In this document: piece by piece, positions 9,193 to 17,818 of the stretch | Layout: every line of letters begins with the position of its first letter | How positions within the stretch are numbered: position 1 is the first letter of the stretch | Assembly: GCA_040770465.1 (NCBI GenBank) | Contig: JAXGJB010000004.1 | Location: forward strand, 1-64,000 | Reading direction: 5' to 3' | Origin: Methanothrix sp. | Lineage (GTDB): Archaea > Halobacteriota > Methanosarcinia > Methanotrichales > Methanotrichaceae | DNA length: 64,000 nt | Made by a program: the position numbers and the translations under genes | The notes under the pieces: model-generated | The model's input: the letters and a program-made list of their open reading frames with translations, nothing else | Databases searched by the model: none | What the model was told of the DNA's origin: nothing

Positions 9193-10401
9193 TTACTGGT
9201 AGCCCTTCCACCTCGACTCCAGGTTCGGATCCTGGAGGGTCTCCATGACGTAGTCGGCGAACTCCGCCCCGGTGGCGCCGTCGGACCTGCCCGTCATGAC
9301 GACCTTCTTCTCGTGCTGGCTGCAGATGTCCAGGGCCATCTCGAGCCTCCTCGCCTCTTTCGCAAAGCCTATGTGGCCGAGGAGCATCACCGCTGCCCTC
9401 ATCATGCTTGACGGGTCGGCAAACTTTGCTCGCCCTTCCTCCACCATCCTCGGTGCCGAGCCGTGGATCGCCTCGAACATGGCGTGGCTCTTTCCGATGT
9501 TGGCGGAACCCGCGGTCCCGACGCCCCCCTGGAACTCCGCGGCCTCGTCGGTGATTATGTCGCCGTAGAGGTTCGGCAGAACCACCACCCGGAACTGGGT
9601 CCTCCTCTTCGGGTCGACGAGCTTTGCGGCCATGATGTCGATGAACCACTCGTCCAGCTCTATCCCAGGATACTCATTGGCGACTTTTCTTGCCACCTCC
9701 AGAAACTTGCCGTCGCTGGTCTTGATGACGTTCGCCTTGGTGACGACGGTGACCCGGTCGATCCCGTTCTTTTCGGCGTGCTCGAAGGCGAGCTTTGCTA
9801 TCCTCTCGGCTCCGGGGGTTGTGATCACCTTGAAGTCGAAGGCGATCTCGTCGGTGACATTCAAACCCCGGCTCCCCAGGATGTAGGCGCCCTCGGTGTT
9901 CTCCCTGAAGAAGATCCAGTCGATCCCCTGGCTTGGGACCTTGACGGGCCGGACGTTGGCGAAGAGGTCAAGCTCCCGACGCATCGCCACGTTCGCGCTC
10001 TCCAGGTTCGGCCAGGGGTCGCCCTTCTTCGGCGTCGTCAGGGGGCCCTTGAGGACGGCGTGACACTTCTTCAGCTCATCGATCACCCCGTCGGGTAGCG
10101 CCTTCATCGCCCTCGCCCTCTCCTCGATGGTCAGCCCTTCGACGTTCCTGATCTCGACTTTGCCTGCCTCCACCTCTGCTTTCAGCAGGTGCTCGAGGAC
10201 CCTCTTCGCCTCGGCGCTGATGTAGGGGCCTATCCCGTCGCCTCCCACGACCCCTATGACGATGGGGCTGATCTTTGAGTAGTCGATCCAGTCCTCGGCG
10301 GCCTTCATCTGCTCTACGCGGTCCATCTGCTCGACGAGGAGCTCCTCGAAGTGGGCCTTCGCCCTCTCTATAGCCTCTTTTCGTCCGCTCATAAAATCCA
10401 T
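9193..10401 (-). CDS. Isocitrate/isopropylmalate dehydrogenase family enzyme (probably isocitrate dehydrogenase)
   Basis: 'GDGIGP', 'KGPLTTP', 'SANVAMRRELDLFANVRP', 'RENTEG.Y', 'NLYGDI', 'FEAIHGSAP'. Confidence 0.92.
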   Translation of the reverse strand: MDFMSGRKEAIERAKAHFEELLVEQMDRVEQMKAAEDWIDYSKISPIVIGVVGGDGIGPYISAEAKRVLEHLLKAEVEAGKVEIRNVEGLTIEERARAMKALPDGVIDELKKCHAVLKGPLTTPKKGDPWPNLESANVAMRRELDLFANVRPVKVPSQGIDWIFFRENTEGAYILGSRGLNVTDEIAFDFKVITTPGAERIAKLAFEHAEKNGIDRVTVVTKANVIKTSDGKFLEVARKVANEYPGIELDEWFIDIMAAKLVDPKRRTQFRVVVLPNLYGDIITDEAAEFQGGVGTAGSANIGKSHAMFEAIHGSAPRMVEEGRAKFADPSSMMRAAVMLLGHIGFAKEARRLEMALDICSQHEKKVVMTGRSDGATGAEFADYVMETLQDPNLESRWKGYQ

Positions 10402-10454
10402 CCCTCAGCTGAAATCTCGGTCCCCCTTATCCTCCCCCTCTCTATAATTAACCC

Positions 10455-10508
10455 TATGATCACCCTCTGGTTTATGATCACACTCTGATTTATGATCGCC
10501 CTCTGATC
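10455..10508. repeat. Three tandem 18-bp direct repeats beside the TATA-like element of the dehydrogenase gene
   Basis: TATGATCACCCTCTGGTT / TATGATCACACTCTGATT / TATGATCGCCCTCTGATC. Confidence 0.85.
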
Positions 10509-10559
10509 GCGAAGGTGTCCGGCTTTTCTTCCGGCCTCCACCCATCAAAAATATAAACT

Positions 10560-11860
10560 GGCTCCTCGCTGTTTCATGTGGGTAGGTTGAACTTGAGTTT
10601 TCCTAATCTTAGATATATAGTTATGACGAAATTCTTTGTTGTTCTGAATCCTCTCGCGTCGTCTTTTGCCGATTGAATGAGGCTATTTATTCCCTCTAAG
10701 ATTCCATTATCTATCCTTGTATTTATATAGTTCAGAACTCCTTTCCAATGCCCCTTGATCGCTTTTGCGGTATCAATAACCGGGTTTAACCTGCTGTGTG
10801 TCGCCCAGAAGTACCATCGTTTCAGATAATCTTCGGCCAATAACGGGTCTTTGAAGTTCCAGAAATCTCGTAAGCTCAATTTGATGTTGTAAGCTCTCAA
10901 GGTTTTTAACCTCATATCTCTTAGAGACCCCAATTCATATCTCTGTTTTTTCGTGAGTTTCTCAGGATTTTTTAGCCAGATATATCTTGTATGCTTCAAG
11001 TTGCTGTTATGGGATTGCTCTTCACGTCTCACTTGATCCACTGCTTGGTTCATCAGCTTCATAACATGGAACTTATCGAATGTTATTGATGTTTCTGGGA
11101 AGTTCCTAGTGACTCCAGATATGAATGCGGGGGACATATCACAGCAGAAATTACGTACATTTTTAAAAGAGCCATTATGATCCTCAAGGTCATCTCTAAA
11201 CGACTCAATTGCCGAAGCATCTTTTCCTTCACATACATATAAAACTTTAGATTTATCCAAATCTACGAAAACTGATACGTATTTGTGACCTTTTGCTCTT
11301 GATGTCTCATCAACACCTACTGATTCAACCTCTGAGAAATCCTCTTCCGATCTTGCTTTTAGTACGTAGTGCTCCAGGACTCGCCATATCCGGGTATCGC
11401 ATTCTTCGATCAGGTCCGCAACAGATTTAACGGGCATATGCTGAGCCATTAAGATTATCAAGGAATCCATGAGGAGGGAAAAACCGCTACCCTTCCTTGC
11501 CCAAGGCACCTTGACAAGTTTGACTCCGCAGGTTTCACATTTCGTTCTGGGAACGCGACAATGAAGGTAGGTTTTAAACTGGAAGAAATTTAGATGACGC
11601 CAAGTCCTATCGATTGTATCATGAACATCGCATTCAGAGTTGCCGCATCTAGGACATGGAAATTTGCCACCACGTTCGAAATCTATGTAGATGTCGAGTC
11701 GCTTCCCTTCCACGTCGAAGTCGATTGAGTCGATTAACCAGGGAGGCTGTAGGTTCAGTGCCTGCTTGAAAAGATCCTCTTGTGAGATTGACATGCTTTT
11801 TATTCGATAGCATGAGATGATAAATGGCTATCTATTACCCACACGGAATAGCGAAGAGCC
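10560..11860 (-). mobile_element. ISL3-family insertion sequence (1301 bp)
   Basis: Imperfect TIRs GGCTCCTCGCTGTTTCATGTGGGTA (left) and GGCTCTTCGCTATTCCGTGTGGGTA (reverse complement of right end). 8-bp target duplication TATAAACT at 10552-10559 and 11861-11868. AT-richer than the host. Confidence 0.96.
10574..11794 (-). CDS. ISL3-family DDE transposase
   Basis: Zn finger CPRC...CETC, 'RTWRHLNFF', 'VGVDET', 'CDMSPAF', 'FDKFHV', 'NGILEGINS'. Confidence 0.96.
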   Translation of the reverse strand: MSISQEDLFKQALNLQPPWLIDSIDFDVEGKRLDIYIDFERGGKFPCPRCGNSECDVHDTIDRTWRHLNFFQFKTYLHCRVPRTKCETCGVKLVKVPWARKGSGFSLLMDSLIILMAQHMPVKSVADLIEECDTRIWRVLEHYVLKARSEEDFSEVESVGVDETSRAKGHKYVSVFVDLDKSKVLYVCEGKDASAIESFRDDLEDHNGSFKNVRNFCCDMSPAFISGVTRNFPETSITFDKFHVMKLMNQAVDQVRREEQSHNSNLKHTRYIWLKNPEKLTKKQRYELGSLRDMRLKTLRAYNIKLSLRDFWNFKDPLLAEDYLKRWYFWATHSRLNPVIDTAKAIKGHWKGVLNYINTRIDNGILEGINSLIQSAKDDARGFRTTKNFVITIYLRLGKLKFNLPT

Positions 11861-11888
11861 TATAAACTTCAACATCCCTGGTGAATTC

Positions 11889-11981
11889 ATGACAACCCAG
11901 GAGATAATATTCTACGTCATCATATTCCTGATCGTCTTCATGGTAACCCGGATAATCATCAAGATCAGACGAGGCTACTGA
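11889..11981 (+). CDS. 30-aa single-TM small protein (not in ORF track)
   Basis: MTTQEIIFYVIIFLIVFMVTRIIIKIRRGY*; GGTGA RBS just upstream; ends 21 nt before the next gene. Confidence 0.65.
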   Translation: MTTQEIIFYVIIFLIVFMVTRIIIKIRRGY

Positions 11982-12002
11982 TCCCGATAGAGGGGATACG
12001 AA

Positions 12003-13274
12003 ATGGAGACGTTTCCACCGGTAATCGCCACCGTCGGTGGCGGAGGCACGCGGCTTTACCCTCTGACCCTCGATCAGCCGAAGCCTCTGGTAGACCTCTG
12101 CGACACCGCCATCATCGCGACCCTCTTCCGCGTTCTGGCGATCCAGGGTTGCAGGCGTTTCATCCTGGGGAGCAAGGGGGCGGAGAACACCCTTTCCCTG
12201 AACAACTACTTCAAAGCTGGAGAGGGTTTCTTCAAGAGGCTGGGGATCAACGACATCGATGAGTTCTCATACCAGCCCCAGTACGACGACAAGGGAAGCG
12301 CCGACTCCCTGAGATATTGCGCCAGCTACTTCGAGATCGATGAGGACATGCTGGTGGTCTCAGGCGACAACGTCATCGACATAAACCTCAAAGACTTCAT
12401 AGAGTTTCACAGGAGGAAAGGGGCGGTCCTCACCGTCGCATTAAAAGAGCTGGAGGCGGGGAAGGACGTATCCCAGTACGGCGTCGCCAAGATTGACGGG
12501 GATAACCGGATCAAGGGCTTCGTCGAGAAGCCGGCCCCCGGAAGAGAGCCGAGCAGGATGATAAACACCGCCTTTTACCTCTTCTCCCCCCAGATCCGGG
12601 AGGTTCTCGCCGAGATGGGAGACTCGGCGCGGGACATAGGCGGCGACCTCATCCCTCACCTCACCGAGCACGGATATCCCGTCTACGGCTATCCCGTCGA
12701 GGGATACTGGATCGACATAGGAACTCCCGAAAGGCTCCTGACGGCGGCGATGGACTTTCTCGGAGGAAAGGTGGAGCACTACGCTTTTCGAAACGAGTAC
12801 CGACCAGGTCAGTGGATCAACCCCAAGACCCTCGCCAGGATCGGAAGATACCTCGACTCAGGTGATATCGAGCTGCGGGGGAACGTCTTCATAGGGAGAA
12901 ACTGCAGCCTCGAGAAGGGCGTCGTCATCGAGAACTCTCACATCGGCCATACGAGCCTCATCGAGAGGGGTTCGGTGATCAAAAACAGCATGATAATGAG
13001 CTTCGCCTCCATAAAGAGAGGATCGTTGATGAACAGAACGATCGTGGGGAGGCACTCCACCATAGGGCCGAAATGCGTCCTCGACGCCGACCGGCCTTAC
13101 AAAACCCCCGGCCGGATACCGGTGGTGGGAGAGAACGTCATCCTCCCTCAGGAGTCTGAGGTGGGGCCGGGGACGAGGGTAGCCCCCCTCAAGTACAGCT
13201 ACAAGATCCTGGCCACCGGGAAGTTCTCGCAGCTGGGAACCGACAACGGAAATATTTACTTCTGTGAGAAGTGA
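12003..13274 (+). CDS. NDP-sugar synthase (GlgC-like / mannose-1-phosphate guanylyltransferase-like)
   Basis: 'GGGGTRLYPLT...KP', 'SGD', 'FVEKP', 'DIGGDLIP', 'YWIDIGT' and a C-terminal left-handed beta helix. Confidence 0.9.
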   Translation: METFPPVIATVGGGGTRLYPLTLDQPKPLVDLCDTAIIATLFRVLAIQGCRRFILGSKGAENTLSLNNYFKAGEGFFKRLGINDIDEFSYQPQYDDKGSADSLRYCASYFEIDEDMLVVSGDNVIDINLKDFIEFHRRKGAVLTVALKELEAGKDVSQYGVAKIDGDNRIKGFVEKPAPGREPSRMINTAFYLFSPQIREVLAEMGDSARDIGGDLIPHLTEHGYPVYGYPVEGYWIDIGTPERLLTAAMDFLGGKVEHYAFRNEYRPGQWINPKTLARIGRYLDSGDIELRGNVFIGRNCSLEKGVVIENSHIGHTSLIERGSVIKNSMIMSFASIKRGSLMNRTIVGRHSTIGPKCVLDADRPYKTPGRIPVVGENVILPQESEVGPGTRVAPLKYSYKILATGKFSQLGTDNGNIYFCEK

Positions 13275-13276
13275 AA

Positions 13277-13519
13277 TTACCAGTAACGTTCCCAGCCACC
13301 GGTCTCCAGAGGCCTGACCCTGTATTTTTTGTCGTTCTCGATCAGGAACTTGTGTAGATCTTCGGGGCTTTTGAAGAAGGCCTTATCCCGCAGGTTGTTG
13401 TATATCTCTTCTGTGGTGAACCCGCTGAGCTGGCCCTTCCCGTAGACGATCCTCTCGATGGTGTACCATAAGTCGTCGAACTTTCTGAGGCTTCCCGTCC
13501 ATTCTACCATTCGTACCAC
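13277..13519 (-). CDS. Small hypothetical protein, possibly winged helix
   Basis: 80-aa ORF with AAAGGT RBS, host-like codon usage and a helix-helix-helix-beta hairpin pattern. Confidence 0.6.
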   Translation of the reverse strand: MVRMVEWTGSLRKFDDLWYTIERIVYGKGQLSGFTTEEIYNNLRDKAFFKSPEDLHKFLIENDKKYRVRPLETGGWERYW

Positions 13520-13579
13520 CTTTCAGGGGCGTTTCTGGCTTAAATGAATAAGAACGTTTCGTTCCGGAAGGTGCGCGAG

Positions 13580-14260
13580 ATGAAGCAAGACCAGAGTGAA
13601 GGGGAAGAGCGATCCTCGAAGATTGATGATCAGCTCAAGTCGCTGAATGAAGAGATGCGATCCTGCACCCGCTGTCCCCTATCCGAGGGCAGGACCAAAA
13701 CCGTCCCCGGCGAGGGACCGACGGGGGCACGAATCCTCCTCGTCGGCGAGGCGCCGGGTAGGGACGAGGATCGGGAAGGAAGGCCCTTCGTCGGAAGGGC
13801 GGGATCGGTCCTCGACCGCTGCCTCAGCGAAGCTGGGATCGAGAGGTCCCGGGTCTTCATAACAAACGTCGTCAAATGCCGCCCGCCGGGGAACAGGCGG
13901 CCAAAGAGGGAGGAGGTTGAAGCGTGTCGTCCCTACATCGAAGCTCAGATCGAAACGATCCAGCCGAAGGTCATAGTCCTGATGGGCAACGCGGCGGCCC
14001 GAGCCGTCCTGGACGAAGAGGGGGTGACGTCCCTCCGGGGCCAGGTCTTCAGGGAGGTCTTCCTCGTCACCTTCCATCCGGCGGCCGTCCTAAGAAACAA
14101 AAACCTGAAGGAAGCCCTGGTCTCAGACCTTTTGGCCGCAAAAGTGAAGGCGGAAGGAAAAACGGAAGGAAAGGCGGACGGAAAGGAAGCTGAAGCGAAA
14201 GCTGAAGGGAAGGATGAAGGAAAGGATGAAGGAAAGGAAGCTGAAGGGTCGAGGCGGTGA
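13580..14260 (+). CDS. udg: Family 4 uracil-DNA glycosylase
   Basis: 'CTRCPL', 'GEAPG..ED..GRPFVG', 'NVVKCRPP.NR', 'FHPAA', plus a repetitive charged C-terminal tail. Confidence 0.95.
   Translation: MKQDQSEGEERSSKIDDQLKSLNEEMRSCTRCPLSEGRTKTVPGEGPTGARILLVGEAPGRDEDREGRPFVGRAGSVLDRCLSEAGIERSRVFITNVVKCRPPGNRRPKREEVEACRPYIEAQIETIQPKVIVLMGNAAARAVLDEEGVTSLRGQVFREVFLVTFHPAAVLRNKNLKEALVSDLLAAKVKAEGKTEGKADGKEAEAKAEGKDEGKDEGKEAEGSRR
14143..14250 (+). repeat. 12-bp coding repeat (K-x-E-G) in the UDG tail
   Basis: KAEGKTEGKADGKEAEAKAEGKDEGKDEGKEAEG. Confidence 0.75.
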
Positions 14261-14305
14261 TGAGCCTCGTTTCGCCCGATCTTGCTCCTCTTTCGCGAAG
14301 GCGGA

Positions 14306-15631
14306 TCAGCCGCTCCGTTCAGCGGCGAAGAGGGCCTTCACTTTGGGCCCGACCTTGGGGAGGGCCAGGATGAAGATCCTGTCCCCGTCCTTCACCTCCG
14401 TATCGGCGGTGGGGATGATCGGCTGGTTGCCCCGCATGATCATGCCGATGATCGCTCCCTTCGGCATCTTCTCGCCGGCGTTCTTCCCCAGGATCTTCGC
14501 CTCCTTCTCCGCCCGGAACTCCAGCACCTCAGCCTCGTCTTTGCCAGCGGCTATGATATCTTCTCCGCCGCGCACCAGCCGGAGGACTGCATCTACGGTC
14601 ACCCTGCCGGGGCTGATGGCGTGGTCGACCCCCACCATCTCGAAGAGGTCGATGTAATCGCTTCTATCGACTCGAGCGACGATCTTATCGGCACCCAGCT
14701 GTTTTGCAAGGAGGCTGCAGAGTAGGTTCTTCTCGTCGAAGCCGGTGACGGAGAAGACGACGTCCATGGACCCCACGTTCTCCGCCTTGATCAGGGATAT
14801 GTCGGTCCCATCGCCGTTTAGTATCAGGGTTTCGGGGAGCTCCTCCGCCAGCTCCTGACATCGTACGTTGTCGATCTCCACCAGCTTCAGATCGAAGTCC
14901 ATCTTCTCCAGCCATTTTGCCAGGTAAAATCCGACGACTCCACCTCCGACGATCATGACTTTGTGGGAGGCGGTATCCTCGTGGACCATCTTCCGGAGCT
15001 TCGGCACCGACTTGGCGTCGCAGGTGAGGATGAGCCGGTCTCCGGCCTTTATGGAGTCCTCCTTCTTGGGGATCAGGATCTCTTCGCCCCGCTTGATCGC
15101 CGCAAGCTTGCAGTTCTCGGGAATATTGACGTTGGCGATCGGTCCGGCAAAAGTCATATCCTCGCCGACGGCAAGCTCGATCAGCTCGCCCCTGCCTCCC
15201 GCCAGCCTCCGCCGTTCTATCATCGAGGGGAAGTAGAGGTCGGTTACTATCTTCTCCGCCATCACCAGCTCCGGGCAGATCATGAGGCCGATGCCGATCT
15301 GCTTTCGGTCTTTCATCGGCTGGTCGATGTAGTCGGAGTTGCTGACCCTGGCTATCGTCCTGTCGACTCCGAGATGGCTTGCCGTGATGCATGTGATGAT
15401 GTTGACCTCGTCGTTTCCGGTGACGGCGACCACTATGTCCGCATCCTGAATCCCCGCCTCGATCAGGAGCTTGGCGTTGGCGGCGTTCCCCTGGAGGACT
15501 CTCGCGTCTATCTCTTCGAGCCGCTCGCAGGCTCTGCTGCTCTGGTCGATTACGGTGACGTCATACTCGCCGGAGAGGGCGCTCGCCAGGTGAAACCCGA
15601 CATCTCCAGCACCAGTGATCAAAATTTGCAT
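14306..15631 (-). CDS. trkA: Trk system potassium uptake regulatory subunit
   Basis: Two RCK-N/C pairs ('ITGAGDVG', 'IVGGGVVG', 'GDGTD', 'DEKNLL'). Start placed at MQILITG. Confidence 0.95.
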   Translation of the reverse strand: MQILITGAGDVGFHLASALSGEYDVTVIDQSSRACERLEEIDARVLQGNAANAKLLIEAGIQDADIVVAVTGNDEVNIITCITASHLGVDRTIARVSNSDYIDQPMKDRKQIGIGLMICPELVMAEKIVTDLYFPSMIERRRLAGGRGELIELAVGEDMTFAGPIANVNIPENCKLAAIKRGEEILIPKKEDSIKAGDRLILTCDAKSVPKLRKMVHEDTASHKVMIVGGGVVGFYLAKWLEKMDFDLKLVEIDNVRCQELAEELPETLILNGDGTDISLIKAENVGSMDVVFSVTGFDEKNLLCSLLAKQLGADKIVARVDRSDYIDLFEMVGVDHAISPGRVTVDAVLRLVRGGEDIIAAGKDEAEVLEFRAEKEAKILGKNAGEKMPKGAIIGMIMRGNQPIIPTADTEVKDGDRIFILALPKVGPKVKALFAAERSG

Positions 15632-15773
15632 GGAATCCCTCAGGTCCCGAGCCTCGCGCCGGGAGTGAATATAAACGAAGGTTAGATCGTCCCGACGGGA
15701 AAAGGCTTTCGAGTGGTCTGTGATATATTGAGGCTCCGCCAGGCTGAAATGCTGAAGGCTCGATGGTCGTTGG

Positions 15774-16505
15774 ATGACATCGTTTGAAGAGCTGTGCCGC
15801 TGGTTTTGTGGGCTGGATGGGGTGGTCGTCGCCTTCTCGGGCGGGGTGGACAGCTCGGTTCTGGCGGCGGCGGCCCGTTCTGCCCTGGGCGATGGTGCCC
15901 TCGCCGCCACGGTGAAGTCGGAGCTGGAATCCGGCCGAGACTTATCGAACGCCAGAAAGGTTGCCGCCGAGATCGGAATCGAGCACGCGATTCTCGAGGT
16001 CGGTGTTTTGGGTCTGGACGGGGTCCGGATGAACCTGCAGTCTCGATGTCGCCTCTGCAAGCGGGCGATGGCAGAACAGCTCCTCTCTTTTGCGAGGTCG
16101 AGGGGGATAGAGGTCGTGGTGGACGGGACGAACGCCTCGGACCGGGAGGAGGATCGGCCCGGGATTATGTCCCTTCTGGAGGCAGGGGTAAGGATGCCCC
16201 TCCGGGATCTGGGGGTCACAAAGGATGCGGCGAGAGAGATGGCAAGAGGGCTCGGGCTATCCAGCGCCGATCGCCCCTCTCGGTCGTGCCTTGCGCCGAG
16301 GATCGAGGGGCCCATCAGCCCCGAGAGGCTCAGGAAGGTCGAGGCGGCCGAGGAGCTTCTGCCCGAGGGCTGGAAGGTCTCGGATCGGGGAGATACGATC
16401 GGGGTATTGGTCCCCGAAGGGGAGAGGCTTTCAGAGGATGCGATCGCGGGGCTGAAGAGGCTCGGATATCGGGATGTAGTTATCGAAGGAGGATTGACGA
16501 AGTAG
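15774..16505 (+). CDS. larE: LarE-like PP-loop ATP-dependent sulfur transferase
   Basis: PP-loop 'AFSGGVDS', 'CRLCK', 'DGTNASD...RPG', 'SRSCLA'. Confidence 0.85.
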   Translation: MTSFEELCRWFCGLDGVVVAFSGGVDSSVLAAAARSALGDGALAATVKSELESGRDLSNARKVAAEIGIEHAILEVGVLGLDGVRMNLQSRCRLCKRAMAEQLLSFARSRGIEVVVDGTNASDREEDRPGIMSLLEAGVRMPLRDLGVTKDAAREMARGLGLSSADRPSRSCLAPRIEGPISPERLRKVEAAEELLPEGWKVSDRGDTIGVLVPEGERLSEDAIAGLKRLGYRDVVIEGGLTK

Positions 16506-16512
16506 ACGGGTC

Positions 16513-16620
16513 GGTCGCCGCAAATGAAAGTCGCCGAAAAGTGGTGGTCGCAAAAAATATGGTCGAGAAAAATACAGTCGCGAGGAATGTTGGTCCCGCA
16601 AATTGTGGCCGCCGCAAATT
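16513..16620. repeat. Degenerate ~15-bp tandem repeat (GGTCGC..AAA core)
   Basis: About seven copies, e.g. ggtcgccgcaaat, agtcgccgaaaag, ggtcgcaaaaaat, ggtcgagaaaaat, agtcgcgaggaat, ggtcccgcaaatt. Confidence 0.6.
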
Positions 16621-16745
16621 GGCGAGACGACTGCCAAGTTCAAAACGGGATTGACCGGCCGGAGCCTCTCGATAGTTCAAATCGAAGTTGACCTGCCCGG
16701 AGTTGATCGATATGCCAGAAACAACTTTTTTCTATCATCAGGGGG

Positions 16746-17723
16746 ATGAGGCTGCCGATGGAGATTAGCGAGGGTGAGTTCAGGAAGCTGATAGGAGGAT
16801 ACCGAAACGTCCTCTACCTCTGCCACAGGAACGCCGATCCCGACTCCGTAGGTAGCGCGTTCGCCCTTCGAGAGGCCTTCGGTGGGGAGATGGCGGCGGT
16901 TGAGGGGGTTAGCAGGACCGCAGCGGCTCTTCTCCGAACCCTCGGATCTGAGATTCTGATCGATCCTTCCGTTCAGGACCGCGACCTGGTGGTGGTGGTG
17001 GACACGGCCGTCGGGCAGCAGATCGGAAACGTCGAGCTGAAGGATTATGCAGTCATCGATCATCACCAGGACAGAGATCTGGTGGAGGGCGCTCTATTCA
17101 GCATTCAGCAGCCTGCCGACTCCACCGCCGAGATCGTCTGGAAGATCCTGGTCGAGAGCGGCGTCATCCCGAGCCGGAAAGCCGCCGTCGCCCTGGTGGT
17201 GGGGATCATCACCGATACCGGGCGGTTCAAGCACGCTCATGCAACCTCGTTTCGGACTGTGGCCGAGATCCTGGAGAGGTCCGGGATCGAGTACAATGAT
17301 GCTCTGGAGGTCCTATCCCGGATACCGACGGAGACCTCCAGGAGGATCGCCGCCTTGAGGGCCGCCTCTCGGGCCGAGATCGAGTGGACCGGGGACTGGG
17401 TGGTCGTCTCTTCGGAGGTCAGCGCCTTCGAGGGGTCCAGCGCCATGACCCTAGTCGATATAGGGGCGGACGTCGCCCTAGTCGCCGGGGTCCACGGCGA
17501 CCTCTGCAGGATCAGCGGTCGCGCTCGAAGGGACGCAGTCCTCGCGGGCCTCGACCTGGCCGCGATCTTCGGTGAGGTGGGGAGGGCCCACCAGGGGGAC
17601 GGGGGAGGCCATCGGGGCGCCGCCGCCCTGGAGGCCACCGGGGCGCCGAAGGAGCTTCTCGCCGAGTGCAGGAAAAAAGTGATGGAGGCCCTGGAGGGGC
17701 GGCGGCCCGTTCCAGGACTTTGA
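16746..17723 (+). CDS. DHH/DHHA1 family phosphoesterase
   Basis: 'HRNADPDSVGS', 'VVDT', 'IDHH', 'GIITDTGRF', 'GGGHRGAA'. Confidence 0.93.
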   Translation: MRLPMEISEGEFRKLIGGYRNVLYLCHRNADPDSVGSAFALREAFGGEMAAVEGVSRTAAALLRTLGSEILIDPSVQDRDLVVVVDTAVGQQIGNVELKDYAVIDHHQDRDLVEGALFSIQQPADSTAEIVWKILVESGVIPSRKAAVALVVGIITDTGRFKHAHATSFRTVAEILERSGIEYNDALEVLSRIPTETSRRIAALRAASRAEIEWTGDWVVVSSEVSAFEGSSAMTLVDIGADVALVAGVHGDLCRISGRARRDAVLAGLDLAAIFGEVGRAHQGDGGGHRGAAALEATGAPKELLAECRKKVMEALEGRRPVPGL

Positions 17724-17818
17724 GCCTTCTTATTGAGGCCTCTATCTCTATCCTCGGCTCGCTTTCGATCCCCTTCGCTCGCTCTTTATACCTTTATTCT
17801 TTTATCCTCGATCTTCAG

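Noticed and set aside
15632-16315. Long N-terminal extension of TrkA in the ORF track
   Set aside because: It is antisense to larE; TrkA homology begins at MQILITG (15631).
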